A DNA stretch of 63,192 nucleotides, from positions 1-63,192 of the forward strand of contig JBFXHL010000003.1 of assembly GCA_050177075.1 (NCBI GenBank). The letters run 5' to 3'. Origin of the DNA: Sulfuricellaceae bacterium. GTDB taxonomy: Bacteria > Pseudomonadota > Gammaproteobacteria > Burkholderiales > UBA9220. The notes below the pieces were generated by a model that did no database searches, was not told the DNA's origin, and saw nothing but the letters and a program-made list of their open reading frames with translations. This document shows, piece after piece, positions 61,258-63,192 of this stretch. Made by a program: the position numbers and the translations under genes. Each line of letters starts with the position of its first letter. Positions within the stretch are counted from its first letter, which is position 1.

Positions 61258-61448
61258 CGCTGATTAAGGCGTATCAGTATATAATCAGCCCGATTATCGG
61301 CCCTAGCTGTCGTTTCACTCCCACGTGTTCGCAATACACTGTTGAGGCTATACAGAAGTACGGCGTATTTAAGGGCTTTTGGATGGGAGCAAAACGTATT
61401 TCGCGTTGTCATCCTTGGAACGAGGGTGGGTACGACCCCTTGCCTTAA
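61239..61448 (+). CDS. yidD: Membrane protein insertion efficiency factor YidD
   Basis: 69 aa. [35 protein letters not shown]...RISRCHPW. Confidence 0.93.
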   Translation: MSRLLITLIKAYQYIISPIIGPSCRFTPTCSQYTVEAIQKYGVFKGFWMGAKRISRCHPWNEGGYDPLP

Positions 61449-61463
61449 GCAAATTGAGCCATT

Positions 61464-63068
61464 ATGGACACCCAAAAAATAATACTCTTTGTAGTCTTGT
61501 CTTTTTCCATCCTGATGCTGTGGGAATCTTGGGATAAAAACCAGCATCCCCAACCAGCGCTTATTGCTAATGCGCCATCTGTTGCTACCGAAGCAAAACG
61601 ACAACAGGTAATAGAAAAGGATGACACGGTCGCATCCCATGGTCAGAAGATACAAGTGACCACCGATACTTTCGTCGCTGAAATTGATACGGCTGGTGGC
61701 GATATACGGAGGCTGGAGCTTCGGAAGCAAAAGGAAGCCCATGACAAGACTAAAAATTACCTTTTGTTGCAAGACGATTCGAGCAATTTCTATGTGACTC
61801 AGAGTGGTTTGCTGGGTAACGGGCTACCGAACCATAAAGCGATTTACATGGCTGAAAAAAGCAGCTATGTAATGGACCCGAACAGCCAAGAACTGGTAGT
61901 TAATCTAGAATGGAATGACGGGGAAGGCATTAAAGTAACGAAGACACTAACGTTTCACAAAAATAGTTATTTGGTGGATGTCAGCTATAACATAAGCAAT
62001 GACAGTAATATTGAATTGTTGCCTAGTGCATATTTCCAATTAGTTCGTACTGATACAGCACCCAAAGACGATTCTAAGTTTGTTCACACCTATACTGGTC
62101 CCGCTTTTTACTCTGAGCAGTCAAAATTTCATAAAGTAAGCTTTGCTGATATAGAAAAAAATAAAATTGAGCTACCCGCCGAAGCTAACAATGGTTGGGT
62201 GGCTATGCTCCAGCATTATTTTTTAAGTGCGTGGCTTCCAAAAGGAACGGCCCAACGCGAGTTTTATGCCAAAAAATTAGGACAAAAATTGGTATCAGCG
62301 GGCATTCTTTTAAAAGATCCTGTCGGCATAATAACGGCAGGCAGTACCGGCAAGATATCGGCCCAATTATATGTTGGTCCCCAGGAACAGGCGGCTTTGA
62401 GTAAAATCGCCCCCGGATTGGACCTTACGGTTGATTATGGTTGGTTAACTGTCATTGCCGCCCCGCTTTATTGGGCTCTAGACCATATACATCGCTGGGT
62501 CAACAACTGGGGAGTTGCCATCATAATCCTGACTATTCTGATTAAACTGGCATTTTTTCCGCTCAGCGCTAAAAGCTACCGGTCGATGGCTAATATGCGC
62601 AAGGTTACGCCGAAACTTCAGAAAATTAAGGAACAATATGGAGATGACCGTCAGCGCATGAATCAAGCGATGATGGAGTTGTATAAAACGGAAAAAATAA
62701 ATCCTTTGGGTGGGTGTTTGCCCGTTGTTGTGCAAATTCCAGTATTTATCGCTTTGTACTGGGTGCTCCTCTACAGCGTGGAAATGCGCCAGGCACCGTT
62801 CATTGGCTGGATAACGGATTTATCCGCAGCAGATCCATACTATATTCTGCCGGCGATAATGGGCCTTACCATGATTATTCAAACTAAACTGAACCCGACC
62901 CCCCCGGATCCGATTCAGGCAAAAGTGATGATGATCATGCCGTTCGCCATGGCAATATTTTTCGTTTTCTTTCCGGCAGGTCTAGTCCTTTATTGGATTG
63001 TTAACAATATTCTCTCCATTAGCCAGCAATGGGTCATTACGCGCAAAATGGAGGCTGTGACAAAATAA
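61464..63068 (+). CDS. yidC: Membrane protein insertase YidC
   Basis: 534 aa. N-terminal TM helix, a large periplasmic domain, and the conserved C-terminal core (KINPLGGCLPVVVQIPVFIALYWVL, PAGLVLYWIVNNILSISQQW). Confidence 0.97.
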   Translation: MDTQKIILFVVLSFSILMLWESWDKNQHPQPALIANAPSVATEAKRQQVIEKDDTVASHGQKIQVTTDTFVAEIDTAGGDIRRLELRKQKEAHDKTKNYLLLQDDSSNFYVTQSGLLGNGLPNHKAIYMAEKSSYVMDPNSQELVVNLEWNDGEGIKVTKTLTFHKNSYLVDVSYNISNDSNIELLPSAYFQLVRTDTAPKDDSKFVHTYTGPAFYSEQSKFHKVSFADIEKNKIELPAEANNGWVAMLQHYFLSAWLPKGTAQREFYAKKLGQKLVSAGILLKDPVGIITAGSTGKISAQLYVGPQEQAALSKIAPGLDLTVDYGWLTVIAAPLYWALDHIHRWVNNWGVAIIILTILIKLAFFPLSAKSYRSMANMRKVTPKLQKIKEQYGDDRQRMNQAMMELYKTEKINPLGGCLPVVVQIPVFIALYWVLLYSVEMRQAPFIGWITDLSAADPYYILPAIMGLTMIIQTKLNPTPPDPIQAKVMMIMPFAMAIFFVFFPAGLVLYWIVNNILSISQQWVITRKMEAVTK

Positions 63069-63192
63069 GCCTCTCTCAAATTTCGAGTGGGTAGCATGGG
63101 GAAGATTTGTGGCGTTGCGGTGGGGTCAAGGGCGGGCGAAGCCCGGCTGTGCGAATCCTTGACGCCACTGCGATGCCGATACGCTGGTGTCG

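Noticed and set aside
63114-63127. TGCGGTGGGGTCA near the right edge resembles the IS3 left end TGCGGTGGTCAC.
   Set aside because: The similarity ends after 8 nt with no further alignment to the inverted repeat. This is most likely chance in GC-rich sequence.

Overview
A 63.2-kb chromosomal window with betaproteobacterial gene order, densely packed with housekeeping operons. I found no rRNA, CRISPR array or prophage. From the left it carries trkH/trkA, ntrYX, rsmB, htpX, fmt and def. These are followed by a LysM protein, dprA, smg, topA, moaED-moeA-mobB, groESL, bioA, a TonB receptor with a YfiR-like protein, lysA, cyaY and argH. Next come algZR and hemCDXY, then the dnaA/dnaN/gyrB and rpmH/rnpA/yidD/yidC origin block.

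Three things stand out.

1. **Acetate/solute symporter supercluster (18-29.5 kb).** It holds a two-subunit DUF4212 + SSS symporter, ActP + YjcH and an OmpR-type two-component system. It is wired to a DEDDh exonuclease and two paralogous cNMP/CBS/DUF294 nucleotidyltransferases. The two paralogs share a perfectly identical tract of about 757 bp, which looks like a gene-conversion footprint.

2. **Strong compositional discontinuity.** The window is about 62-65% GC up to roughly 46 kb. It steps down through about 50% (PAS-MCP, ppdK) to about 33-45% for the whole origin core-gene block at 54.8-63.07 kb. The last 124 nt are GC-rich again.

3. **Intact GC-rich IS3-family element.** It has terminal inverted repeats and a GGA target duplication, and sits inside the AT-rich DNA just upstream of ppdK and next to tRNA-Phe.

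Smaller signals are a perfect CIRCE operator fused to a sigma-32-type promoter at groES, a candidate OmpR-type operator (two 9-bp direct repeats at 11-bp spacing), and a candidate oriC in the dnaA-dnaN spacer.

Many long ORFs in the supplied track are GC-driven antisense artefacts and were discarded. Many 5' ends were trimmed to the conserved start.
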